Positions 47,101 through 54,492 are shown, numbered from the stretch's first letter. The stretch: DNA of 61,497 nucleotides from Oscillospiraceae bacterium (GCA_902794115.1 CADBGD010000001.1:1-61497), one strand, 5' to 3'. The notes: generated by a model not told the origin, from the sequence alone. Program-made: numbers and translations.

Positions 47101-50100
47101 TCTCCGGTGTCTTATCCACCTGCTCTTCAAAGAGGTCTACCAGTGTCTTTTCAGTCGGATATGCGACTGAAGTATTATTAAAGTCAATGAGGACTTGTTT
47201 CTCCTCTTCCTTTCCGATCATGGAAATATCTTTGATCAGAGAGGATGGGGTTTCCGTCAGATTCATAAGAATGTGAATATAATGATCCAGGATCTTTTCT
47301 GCGCTCTCTTTCTTGAACAGCGCTGTACAGTATTCCAGACCAATGCCGAAATCACCGTCATCTTCATAGATGTCAAAGGACAGATCGATCTTGGAAATGG
47401 TGTCGGTAGTATCCGCAACCTGCACTTCCGTATTGCCCAGCCGGATCACTTCATCCTCGTTATTCTGCAGGACAAGTATCACATCAAATATCGGGTTTCT
47501 GGACAGATCCCGCTGAACATCTACAGCTTCAACCAGTTCTTCAAACGGGAACTCCTGATTCTCGTAGGCCTTCAGGCAAGTCTCCTTTACTTCCTGAAGG
47601 AAGTCCGTATACTGTTTTTTCCCTTCAGGTTTTCCCCGCATTGCCAACGTGTTGACAAACATACCCAGCATGCCTTCGGTATCCTTATGGGTACGCCCGC
47701 TGATCGGCGAACCGATCACTACGTCCTCTTGCCGGCTGTACTTTCCGAGAAGAATCATGGCTGCAGATAAAAGCACCATAAACTCGGTCGATTTCGTCTC
47801 AGCCGCCAGTTTCTTGATCTTTTCTCCCAAAGCCTTCCCGGTATGCACCATGGCCATGGCACCATTATGGCTCTGCTCCTGTGGTCTCGGGAAATCAAGA
47901 GGCATGTTCAATACCGGGATCTCATCCTCAAACTGACTTTTCCAGTACTTTGCCTGATCACTTAGATCACGGGAACGCATCCATTCACTGTAGTCCTTGA
48001 ACTGGTGTGTAAGCGGAGGCAATGTTTCTCCGTTGTACAGTGCATTCAGCTCCTTTGTAAAGGTGACTGCACTCATTCCGTCACCGACAATATGGTGCAT
48101 ATCCAGATTGAGAAGATAGTGATCCCCTCTGTTTATAAGCTGGACCCGGATCAGCGGCAGCATGCTCAGATCAAAAGGCTTCACAAATCGTGCGGTTAGA
48201 TCTGCCTCTTTGGATGTTTTATCTTCGAAATATTCAAAATCCGCCTCAACATGATCCAGGATCTTCTGCACCGGTTCTCCGTCCATCATGAGGAACTGCG
48301 TACGGAGTATTTCATGTCTGTCTATCAGCTGCTGCAGTGCTTTTTTCAATGCTTCCGGATCAACTTCACCTTTCAGGCGATAAGACTCCGGCATGTTGTA
48401 CAGAATTCCCTCCGGGTTCATCTGACAGATGAGGAATGTTCTTTTCTGGGCAGAAGACATCGGATAGTAATCCTTCTTTTCCGCAGCCGGAATGGATTCA
48501 AATTCAGCGGCCTCTTCGCCGTTAACATATTCAGACAGCATTTCCGGTGTCGGACTGCTGAAGATCGTTTTCAACGGTATTCTCTTCCCTAATTCAGACT
48601 CGATCCGATTGACCAGTCTGGTAGCACGAAGAGAGTGTCCGCCAAGAGCAAAGAAACTATCCTTGACGCTAACTCTTTTCACATTCAGTATTTCGCTGAA
48701 TATAGCACAAATGATTTCTTCAGTACTATTTCTCGGAGCAACATACTCATCCCCGGTCCGGGCTTCAATATCCGGAAGAGACCGCTTATCCAGTTTTCCG
48801 TTTCTGGTTACCGGAATACTCTCAATCTGCATCATATACGCAGGGATCATGTAATCCGGAAGATTTTTGCCCAGCTCATTTCTTACCTTGGAAAGAGACA
48901 ATTCCTCATCACTGACAAGGTAGGCATAGATTGCCTTTTCTCCGGATTGATCAGATCTTGCAATGACCGCGCAGTTTTTCACATTCCGGATCTGGAGAAG
49001 TCTGCTTTCCACCTCTCCCAATTCCACCCGGAATCCACGGATCTTCACCTGTTCATCGATTCTTCCGAGATACTCCACATTGCCATCCGGAAGCCATCTT
49101 GCCAGGTCACCGGTATGGTACATCCGGCCATCTCCAAATGGATTTTTAACAAACTTCTCATTCGTCAGTTCCGGCCGGTTCAGATATCCCCTGGCAACAC
49201 CGGCACCGGCAATACAAAGCTCACCGGGAACACCGATTCCGCACAACACATCTCCATTCAGGATCATTACCTGACTGTTCGCGATCGGTTTTCCAATCGG
49301 AATGGTTTCATTCTCATCAGAATAATCCACCTTATAGTATGTCGCACATACTGTCGTCTCTGTCGGACCATATGTGTTGTATATGCTTATATCCGTATCC
49401 AGGAGATCCTTGAAATATTCCTTCTTCAGCACATCTCCGCCGCTGATGAGTATTCTCATCTGCGTTTCCTTCAGATAATCCATTTCTTTTATCAGAAGCG
49501 GTGAACAGCTTATGATGTTGATTCTCTCATTTATGATCGTTGTTTTCAGTTTCACCGGATCCAGCAAATGATCTTTGTTTACAATGACCATCTTTCCGCC
49601 GCAGATCAATACCGGATACAGTTCCTCTACAGAGGTATCAAAGCCGATATATGCCTGCTGCAGGATAACAGACTGTTCCGTTATCCCGTAATACCGGACA
49701 AACTGGCGGACATATGCTGCCAGATTCCGCTGCTCAATCAGTACGCCTTTGGATTCTCCTGTCGTACCTGATGTGTAGATACAATACGCCAGATCCTTCC
49801 CTGTATTCACATGTGGCAGATTCTCCGTGTCACCGGTATATATCCGGCTATCAGAAAGGTCGATCACGGATATATCCGTGTTTAATGATGCCTGGTATGT
49901 CAGCACCGCCTTAGGCGTGGAATCTTTCAGAATATACGCGATTCTATCCTCCGGATAGGACGGATCAATCGGAAGATACGCAGCGCCGGATTTAAGAATG
50001 CCGTAGATGCCGATAATCATTTCCAGGCCTCTTTCGGCCACAATTGCCACCATATCATCCGGCTTCACGTCTAAATCTCTCAATTTCCGGGCCAATTGGT

Positions 50101-51682
50101 TCGCACGGGCATTCAGTTCCGCATAGGTCAGGGATGTATCTTCATACACAAGCGCAATGTTTTCAGGCGTTTTTTCGACCTGACGCTCGAACAGATCTAT
50201 AACGGTTGTTTCCTCTGATTGTGGAAGAACTGCATTGTTAAACTCCGTCAGGATCTTCTGTCTTTCTTCCTCGCCAACTACCTCAATGCTCTCGATCCTG
50301 GCTTCCGGATTTGTTGTCAGCTTATCCAGAATAAGCAGGTAATGAGCCAGGATCTTCTCAATGGTCTGCTTTTCATAGATAGTCCGGTTATACTCTACAA
50401 ATCCACAAAGAGAAATATCATCATCATGAATCTGGAAGTTCACATCGGTCAGTACAACAAAGTCTCCCAGACCGAATGCTTCCACTTCACAACCTTCTAG
50501 AGAAAGCTCCATTCTCTTTCTGGGATTATAGTTAAATCCGACTTCGGAAAAAGGTGTCCGGCTCAGGTCACGGGGCGGATTTACAGCAGCCACCAGCGTT
50601 TCCAGCGGAACATCCTTCTTTCCGTATGCCTGATATGTTTTTTCCTTCGCCGCCTCCACAGCATCGTCAAAAGTCATCTGCGGATGGATTTCCGTCACGA
50701 TGATCAGATTATTAATAAAGCAGCCAAGCAGGTTTTCAAGCTGTTCATTATCTCTGTCTGCGACAGTGATCTCAACGGCAATATTCTCATTCCGTGTGTA
50801 AAGGTTCAGCAGGCAATTCAACGCTGAAAACAGAACCACATTTACCGTAACGTGCCGGGATGCAGCATATTGTCTGATCTTCTCGTCAATGCTCTTCGGA
50901 ACATCAAAGTAGATCATTCCTCCCTCACTGCTTCGCACAGCCGGGCGCATGTGATCCGTCGGGAACTCCGTCGGTTCGATTCCTTCCAGTTCTTCTTTCC
51001 AGTATTCGATTTGGGAACGGATTTCTTCTGAACCCATCTTTGATAAAACAAATTCAGCATAATCACCATAACTGACAGCAGGTTTTTCCAAGTCAGATTT
51101 CCGATTATGCAGTGCCGCAGTATATTCCTCCGACAATTCCTTACAAAAGAGGTTTTCTGAAGTTCCATCGTACACAATATGATGTCCCGAAAGTACAAAA
51201 TACGCGATGTCCTCTTCAGTCTGATACAAGGCAAAACGGACCAGCGGACCTTTTTCTAAATCAATGGGTTCAGATACGAATCTTTTTCCTTCTTCAGCCA
51301 CAAGAGCGTCATTGTATCCTTTTCCGCGAAGATCAAAATATCTGAAGTCAAGCTTCCCTTCTGGAAGCACTTCCTGGAATACTTCTTCTCCTTCACGGCA
51401 CAGGACTGTCCGCCAGATCTCATGTCGATGGATGATCTGCTCCAAGCTCTTTTTCATCGCTTCCAGATCTACATGTCCCTTGATTTTGCAGGCAAACGGA
51501 ATGTTATATACAACACTGTCCGGATCGATCAGGCAGTCCATCCAAATGCCCCGCTGTACCATGGAAAGCGGGAATTTTGTTTTATGTGATGCAATGATCC
51601 GGTCTGAATCATCCGGTTCACTTTTCTGTTTCTTTTTCGAAAGCATCTTCAAAAGAAGCTGTCTTTTTTCATCGTTATTCAT
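41120..51682 (-). CDS. Trimodular NRPS: C-A-T / C-A-T / C-A-T plus a terminal condensation-like domain (3520 aa)
   Basis: Start at MNNDEKRQ (51682), because the track N-extension overlaps the upstream gene. It has three HHxxxDG motifs, three full A-motif sets and three carrier serines, followed by a ~400-aa C-like tail. No E, TE or R domain is seen. Confidence 0.93.
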   Translation of the reverse strand: MNNDEKRQLLLKMLSKKKQKSEPDDSDRIIASHKTKFPLSMVQRGIWMDCLIDPDSVVYNIPFACKIKGHVDLEAMKKSLEQIIHRHEIWRTVLCREGEEVFQEVLPEGKLDFRYFDLRGKGYNDALVAEEGKRFVSEPIDLEKGPLVRFALYQTEEDIAYFVLSGHHIVYDGTSENLFCKELSEEYTAALHNRKSDLEKPAVSYGDYAEFVLSKMGSEEIRSQIEYWKEELEGIEPTEFPTDHMRPAVRSSEGGMIYFDVPKSIDEKIRQYAASRHVTVNVVLFSALNCLLNLYTRNENIAVEITVADRDNEQLENLLGCFINNLIIVTEIHPQMTFDDAVEAAKEKTYQAYGKKDVPLETLVAAVNPPRDLSRTPFSEVGFNYNPRKRMELSLEGCEVEAFGLGDFVVLTDVNFQIHDDDISLCGFVEYNRTIYEKQTIEKILAHYLLILDKLTTNPEARIESIEVVGEEERQKILTEFNNAVLPQSEETTVIDLFERQVEKTPENIALVYEDTSLTYAELNARANQLARKLRDLDVKPDDMVAIVAERGLEMIIGIYGILKSGAAYLPIDPSYPEDRIAYILKDSTPKAVLTYQASLNTDISVIDLSDSRIYTGDTENLPHVNTGKDLAYCIYTSGTTGESKGVLIEQRNLAAYVRQFVRYYGITEQSVILQQAYIGFDTSVEELYPVLICGGKMVIVNKDHLLDPVKLKTTIINERINIISCSPLLIKEMDYLKETQMRILISGGDVLKKEYFKDLLDTDISIYNTYGPTETTVCATYYKVDYSDENETIPIGKPIANSQVMILNGDVLCGIGVPGELCIAGAGVARGYLNRPELTNEKFVKNPFGDGRMYHTGDLARWLPDGNVEYLGRIDEQVKIRGFRVELGEVESRLLQIRNVKNCAVIARSDQSGEKAIYAYLVSDEELSLSKVRNELGKNLPDYMIPAYMMQIESIPVTRNGKLDKRSLPDIEARTGDEYVAPRNSTEEIICAIFSEILNVKRVSVKDSFFALGGHSLRATRLVNRIESELGKRIPLKTIFSSPTPEMLSEYVNGEEAAEFESIPAAEKKDYYPMSSAQKRTFLICQMNPEGILYNMPESYRLKGEVDPEALKKALQQLIDRHEILRTQFLMMDGEPVQKILDHVEADFEYFEDKTSKEADLTARFVKPFDLSMLPLIRVQLINRGDHYLLNLDMHHIVGDGMSAVTFTKELNALYNGETLPPLTHQFKDYSEWMRSRDLSDQAKYWKSQFEDEIPVLNMPLDFPRPQEQSHNGAMAMVHTGKALGEKIKKLAAETKSTEFMVLLSAAMILLGKYSRQEDVVIGSPISGRTHKDTEGMLGMFVNTLAMRGKPEGKKQYTDFLQEVKETCLKAYENQEFPFEELVEAVDVQRDLSRNPIFDVILVLQNNEDEVIRLGNTEVQVADTTDTISKIDLSFDIYEDDGDFGIGLEYCTALFKKESAEKILDHYIHILMNLTETPSSLIKDISMIGKEEEKQVLIDFNNTSVAYPTEKTLVDLFEEQVDKTPENIAVFFEGEALTYRELNEKANQLAHSLREQYGVKPGEFVSMLTERSLEMIIGIFGIIKAGGAYVPMDPTYPEDRIAYMLEDAAPKAVLTYNTKIRTDIPVIDLAEKKIFAGPVENPEHTNTPDDLVYCIFTSGTTGKPKGVLIEHKNVCNLACYMRKELGITEEDHAMLFSNYIFDGSVWEMLTAIMNGASLYIPTDETIRDLDAMKKYVSEKKINVSYFPPQYYEQGRFVLNKYVLTAGSAAPMSVVEAVLANSGYINSYGPTEATVCISNWICKKGETPERITIGKPIHNVQVYILQGDTLCGVGVPGELCAGGAGITRGYLHRPDLTAEKFVKNPFSEGRMYRTGDLARWLPDGNIEYLGRIDEQVKIRGFRIELGEIESRIREIDKIKDCAVIARNDSNGEKAIYAYVVSDEAVRIPMIRDELAKSLPDYMLPSYMTQIEKIPMTRNGKVDKRALPDIEAKTGGEYVAPSNETEEIICRIFSEILNVEKVSVKDSFFALSGHSLRATRLVNRIEAETGKRIPLKFVFSSPTPEKLAEIVNGKKEEEFVSIPHAEEKEYYPMSSAQKRTYLVCQMNPDDILYNMPEHLILHGEVNPDAFRSALQDLIDRHEILRTKFLMVDGEPVQKILNHADADFEYIQDTQTDEAKLISDFVRPFDLSELPLVRVQLIERSGYYLLNIDMHHIVGDGMSVGTFIRELNALYNGEKLPALTHQFKDYSEWMRNRDLSGQAAYWKHQFDDEIPVLDMPLDFVRPQEQSYRGSMVFNSTGEVLGRKIRDLAAKTGTTEFMVLLSAAMILLGKYSRQEDIVIGTPISGRTHKDTEGMLGMFINTLALRGKPEGKKTFLEFLSEIKDTCLKAYENQEYPFEELVESVHVVRDMSRNPLFDVMLVLQNNETEQIRLNGAETEYAESEDTVAKFDITFNINGHEDDFDIGLEYCTALFREESAENLLKHYIAVLEELTETPSLRIDQVQVICEEEKARILSEFNSTAIEYPKEKTVVEMFEEAVANTPDETAVVYDGQSLTYAELNEKANQLADRLRKLGVKPNDFVAVFTERSLEMIIAIYGVMKAGGAYLPMDPAYPKDRIEYMLEDASPKAVLTYKTSLDTDIIRIDLADPELYSGTSSNPEHVTCPEDLLYCIYTSGTTGKPKGVMIKNQNVVNYSFVSDKSTMTYAYKNGLRRFVSVTNLVFDIFVTEAILTLCNGMTIYVATSEEQSDLAAFEKLVVENGIEILQTTPSRIKGFFAQDPETKVFAGMRYIMLGGEAVGMEVVSRLKAASDAVIENVYGPSETTVWSSCFQIEGEYASIPIGKPISNTQIYIVDKDHLCGIGVPGELCIAGDGLARGYLNRPELTGEKFAPNSFGTGRLYHTGDLARWLPDGNVEYLGRIDEQVKVRGFRIELGEIDSRLREIEGIKDCAVIVREESSGDKAIYAYFVSQDEMDISLIRSELGKNLPDYMIPSYMMRIEKIPVNRNGKLDKRALPVIEASTGKEYIAPRNEAERTMASVFEEILDVEKVGIQDDFFELGGNSLKAIRVSAKLKLFNIPVSTKDLHTYRTISQLAQVLGMDADEEISSSVNADKSAIKISMFEPPVIEGKKVHNEGVIEAIAEYKNNLKGKSIVSSYKPNNMQKYYLHLSTDESSIIGVCFHISGATVSQIQKALTDMVRDQSALRSCYSDEQEKITEYSFGEWKIPYLSASQAVSRESAATCLFAHEVRSGIDILPVILITESGTGSFDVYIAANHALWDRSSCDVAADLLETYLNQSGSTKPDDLTYSDYIQCRNTAEKSVHSKEDSGTILSSIELYKARSAGTYENKSFSVTLKKDENVTYDVRWLMSKFSEISDTKDLSSIPFFMLYHCRDDRSMNTIGYYIDYIPCVYDKKRQEICFYDEAIDKLKEGSAEYHFLGDEYASGICDDVPVVNLKESIDMMSEEMNQIEIYNLGSQSAQEGIECCLDGDKVYVGMGFHMHGVSDEEFYRRIQKAFSIT
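41123..42328 (-). other. Terminal condensation-like domain with an NHxxxD variant motif
   Basis: SFDVYIAANHALWDRSSCDVAADLLETYL aligns with the C3 core (mHHxxxDGxS...l..el...Y). The NHALWD codons are at 41843-41860. No GxSxG. Confidence 0.65.
42386..42604 (-). other. T3 carrier domain
   Basis: FFELGGNSLKAIRV (Ser at residue 3103). Confidence 0.8.
42611..44098 (-). other. A3 adenylation domain (approximate)
   Basis: LLYCIYTSGTTGKPKGV, FDIFVTE, MLGGEA, NVYGPSETT. Code D-I-T-Q-M-G-V-V-W-K. Confidence 0.85.
44126..45424 (-). other. C3 condensation domain (approximate)
   Basis: YYPMSSAQKRTYL and MHHIVGDGMS. Highly similar to C2. Confidence 0.85.
45470..45673 (-). other. T2 carrier domain
   Basis: FFALSGHSLRATRL (LSGHS variant; Ser at residue 2075). 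Confidence 0.85.
45686..47143 (-). other. A2 adenylation domain (approximate)
   Basis: LVYCIFTSGTTGKPKGV, FDGSVWEM, LTAGSA, NSYGPTEAT. Code D-G-W-Y-L-A-S-V-C-K. Confidence 0.85.
47171..48478 (-). other. C2 condensation domain (approximate)
   Basis: YYPMSSAQKRTFL and MHHIVGDGMS. Confidence 0.85.
48521..48733 (-). other. T1 carrier domain
   Basis: FFALGGHSLRATRL (Ser at ORF-track residue 1058). Confidence 0.85.
48746..50218 (-). other. A1 adenylation domain (approximate)
   Basis: LAYCIYTSGTTGESKGV, NTYGPTETT, YHTGDLARW, GRIDEQVKIRGFRVELGEVE, NGKLDKRSLP. Code D-T-E-S-I-G-T-V-C-K. Confidence 0.85.
50276..51583 (-). other. C1 condensation domain (approximate)
   Basis: SMVQRGIWMD (C1 motif) and HHIVYDGTS (51164-51184). 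It is clearly divergent from C2 and C3. Confidence 0.8.
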
Positions 51683-51722
51683 CTGTCTTTCCTTTTCTCT
51701 TGTTCCTTTTTCCGAAGTCAGT

Positions 51723-53660
51723 TTACATGTTGTATCTGGCAAAGGCCTCCTGGTAGGCAGCTGCATTGCCCAGATCGAAAGATTTCCCGTCCACCAGGAA
51801 TCCAATCAGATCCTTTTCTTTAATTGCTTTTCGAAATGCTTCTGTAAGATCGATTTCGCCTTTTTCATTTGTGTGATTATTTCTCACCGCATCGCCCAGG
51901 TAACTAAAGATTTTCTCATTCAGAACATAGGCGCCAAATGCCGCACAGCAAACATTCTCTTCCTTCTTTCGGGAGAGCATCAAATACTCTTTTGCATAAT
52001 CGGGTGTTGGTTTTTCAACTACTTCAGAACAGTTCAGAATACGTTCTTCCTTATCATCCCAGTGGCCGGAGAATACACCAAAAGAAGACACATTTTTCAC
52101 GCCTACCGTCTGCAATGCCACGATGGATTTCCCGTATATATCATATGTGTCCACGATCTGCTTTAAGCACGGAGTAGAAGTGTTGCTCCGGTACAAAGTA
52201 TCTCCCAGAAGGAGCAGTACCGGTTCCTTATTTGTAAAAGAAGCAGCCTGATATACAGCATGCCCGAATCCTTTCGGCTCGTACTGCTTTACAAAGGAGA
52301 TCTTCTTCGTGATTCGAGTCATCTTATCTTCATATGCGCGCATTTTCTCCGGAAGCTTTTCATAATGCTTTCTCGACAATGGACGCAAAAGCAGCTGTCT
52401 GTACATTTCTTCGTCATCCGGATTAATAATCAGGCAGATCTCCTCTATCCCGATCGCATCCAGTTGCTCAAGTAATACCAGGAGGATCGGCTTGACCAAA
52501 CCATCAAGATCTACGATCGGGCACATTTCCTTTTTCGTAAATCTCGTTTCGGGATATAACCGTGTTCCGAATCCGGCAACCGGTATAATCGCTTTATTGA
52601 TCGCCCTTTGCGGTTTCAATGTTAACGGATAGGCAGAAAGACCCAGCGAATGGCTCATGTAATCGATCAGATCGTCCTGGCATTTCTTGTCTTTTGCCAG
52701 AAACTGCACTGTTCCATCTCCCTGTGAACCGACGCCTTTTCCACCATAGGTAAGTTGTTTGATCGTAGTGTTATTGAGTACGGAATGGAGTACCGGTGCT
52801 TTTAATTCTTCCGGGCACATCGGCGCCACTTTCGCATCAAAGATCTCCTGGGCTTCTGTCATTAAGTGGCCCAAACCTTGTGCATCACCGTTTTTAATCA
52901 GTTTTCTGGCCTCTGTCGTAATGCGGATATTGTCCTCGCCCAGTGCCTCATGGAGAGTTTTCTCCTTCTCATTTCGGGCAAACGGATATCCGCTGTTCAG
53001 ATCGGCCAGGATCTTGATCGTATCTTTTTTTGCCATCAGATCGGCAAAAACGTAGTACAGTGGTTTTTTTACCGGAATCTGATCCACATGCATCTCGTTT
53101 CCATCAAAAGTCATCGAAACCGGGTGTGGTCCGAAGGCACAGGCCTGATCGACTCTTCCACATCGGGAAGGCGTTCTCTGTTCACCCCAGTACGCAATAT
53201 TCATGATTCCACGGGTATTCAGATTCAGATTGTACAACTGATTAAATGCCTGTGCGACAAGCACACAAATTGCTGCCGAAGAAGACAATCCCTTCTTCAC
53301 CGGCAGGTCTCTTTTTGTAATTTCAATAGAAACGCCGCCTACGTTATACCATTCGCACATATAGGATGCGACGCCGGCAACATAGCTGAAATATCCTCCC
53401 TGATGCGCAGTTTCACTGAGAGAGTCCAGATCCATCGGGCATTCAAAGGAGCCGTCTTTCAGTTCCTTGATCTTACTGGTTACTGAAAACATGTCCGATC
53501 TTTTTGCACGGGCATATATACCCTGCTGTGTACCTGTTACAATCGCACATCCAGGTGTGATTTCAGAATTAACTGTTCTACTTGTCCCTGCCCAGTCACT
53601 ATGCTCACCAAACAAACACAGGCGTCCCGGCACAAACAAATCAATCGTTTCGTTATCCAT
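51723..53660 (-). CDS. Bifunctional GHMP-family sugar-1-kinase / GalU-like sugar-1-phosphate nucleotidyl(uridylyl)transferase
   Basis: AGGAGGA RBS. The N-terminal half has VPGRLCLFGEHSDWAG (GHMP motif I), KGLSSSAAICV (motif II) and YGGKGVGSQGDG (motif III). The C-terminal half has KAIIPVAGFGTRLYPETRFTKKEMCPIVD and VVEKP. Confidence 0.85.
   Translation of the reverse strand: MDNETIDLFVPGRLCLFGEHSDWAGTSRTVNSEITPGCAIVTGTQQGIYARAKRSDMFSVTSKIKELKDGSFECPMDLDSLSETAHQGGYFSYVAGVASYMCEWYNVGGVSIEITKRDLPVKKGLSSSAAICVLVAQAFNQLYNLNLNTRGIMNIAYWGEQRTPSRCGRVDQACAFGPHPVSMTFDGNEMHVDQIPVKKPLYYVFADLMAKKDTIKILADLNSGYPFARNEKEKTLHEALGEDNIRITTEARKLIKNGDAQGLGHLMTEAQEIFDAKVAPMCPEELKAPVLHSVLNNTTIKQLTYGGKGVGSQGDGTVQFLAKDKKCQDDLIDYMSHSLGLSAYPLTLKPQRAINKAIIPVAGFGTRLYPETRFTKKEMCPIVDLDGLVKPILLVLLEQLDAIGIEEICLIINPDDEEMYRQLLLRPLSRKHYEKLPEKMRAYEDKMTRITKKISFVKQYEPKGFGHAVYQAASFTNKEPVLLLLGDTLYRSNTSTPCLKQIVDTYDIYGKSIVALQTVGVKNVSSFGVFSGHWDDKEERILNCSEVVEKPTPDYAKEYLMLSRKKEENVCCAAFGAYVLNEKIFSYLGDAVRNNHTNEKGEIDLTEAFRKAIKEKDLIGFLVDGKSFDLGNAAAYQEAFARYNM
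51726..52601 (-). other. Nucleotidyltransferase (UDP-sugar pyrophosphorylase-like) half
   Basis: G.GTR..P.T...KE..P motif, VEKP motif, and a GalU-like length (aa ~354-645). Confidence 0.8.
52626..53660 (-). other. GHMP (galactokinase-like) kinase half
   Basis: Motifs I-III as listed above (aa 1 to about 345). Confidence 0.8.
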
Positions 53661-53709
53661 ACATCATTCCTCCTTTGAAACAATGGAAAGAAATAGAAGT
53701 GTATCGTTC

Positions 53710-54453
53710 TTATTTGATCAAATCATCGAAACGGGCAAACTTGATTCCCATATCCACAAAAGCCTTTATGATAGGTCCAAACATCTCATTTGTCTGCGGA
53801 TGATCATGGATGACTATGAGATCTGCCGAACCGGGATAGTTAAGCCCCATCCATCTGTCCGGAAGATCCAGCTCCATCATTTCCAGCACATCATCTAATG
53901 TACGGACTCCATATGGCGGATTCTCCTGATATACACACCACTCCATGGCATCATATGTCCAAAGCCAGTCCACACGCCCGGATTTCCGGAATGCATCAAA
54001 ATACGGGTAGGTGATTTCCTGAAATGACGGGAGCACATATCCGTTTTCTTTTAAAAAGGACTGTATGCTCTCGACCCGTTCTTTTTCCTCTTGCGAATAG
54101 TCCAGATCATAAAAACCACGGGTGACCCCTTCATTTCCATATGGAAAACGGAAAAACTTGGCCGGTCTCTTTACTCCCGCTTTTTCATAGATCCGTTCTA
54201 TCATCTGATCATTCAGCAGGATCTCTTCTTTTGCCTGTTCCAAAGTCAGCTCAGAGAAGTTCGGGTGGGAACATGCATGATTACCGATAATGTGGCCACT
54301 TTGAATGGTATAAAGAACATCATCTTCTCTGATATCCATAAATCGCTTCTCGCAAAACCAAACCGCCTGAATACCATACTGATTTAATATGTCCACTTTT
54401 TCACGGCGGGCCACAGAAGGGCCATCGTCAACTGTCAGGTACGCTTTTTTCAT
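53710..54453 (-). CDS. Polysaccharide deacetylase (CE4 / NodB homology domain)
   Basis: Start at MKKAYL (GGAGGT RBS). Motifs LTVDDGPS, GNHACSHPNF, FRFPYG and LIVIHDH. Confidence 0.88.
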   Translation of the reverse strand: MKKAYLTVDDGPSVARREKVDILNQYGIQAVWFCEKRFMDIREDDVLYTIQSGHIIGNHACSHPNFSELTLEQAKEEILLNDQMIERIYEKAGVKRPAKFFRFPYGNEGVTRGFYDLDYSQEEKERVESIQSFLKENGYVLPSFQEITYPYFDAFRKSGRVDWLWTYDAMEWCVYQENPPYGVRTLDDVLEMMELDLPDRWMGLNYPGSADLIVIHDHPQTNEMFGPIIKAFVDMGIKFARFDDLIK

Positions 54454-54492
54454 ATATACCTCCATGTTCACTTATACTGATTTTCTTTGTAT

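Noticed and set aside
51683-51805. N-terminal extensions offered by the ORF track for the NRPS (to 51805), peptidase (to 7475), XRE (to 5923), GT1 (to 55995), hydrolase (to 30802), DUF3795 (to 33003), CE4 (to 54471) and others
   Set aside because: The extensions overlap the preceding gene, lack an RBS, or start at non-ATG codons (the track translates GTG/TTG as M). Internal ATGs with good Shine-Dalgarno sequences, signal peptides or paralogue-matched N-termini were preferred.
41510-52166. Many 60-300-aa plus-strand ORFs antisense to the NRPS and sugar genes (for example 44636-45523, 45584-46381, 48635-49504, 51264-52166)
   Set aside because: They lie entirely inside a gene with unbroken, motif-rich NRPS translation on the other strand. 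Their sequences are Arg/Ser/Leu/Phe-rich with no motifs, as is typical of antisense frames of long genes.
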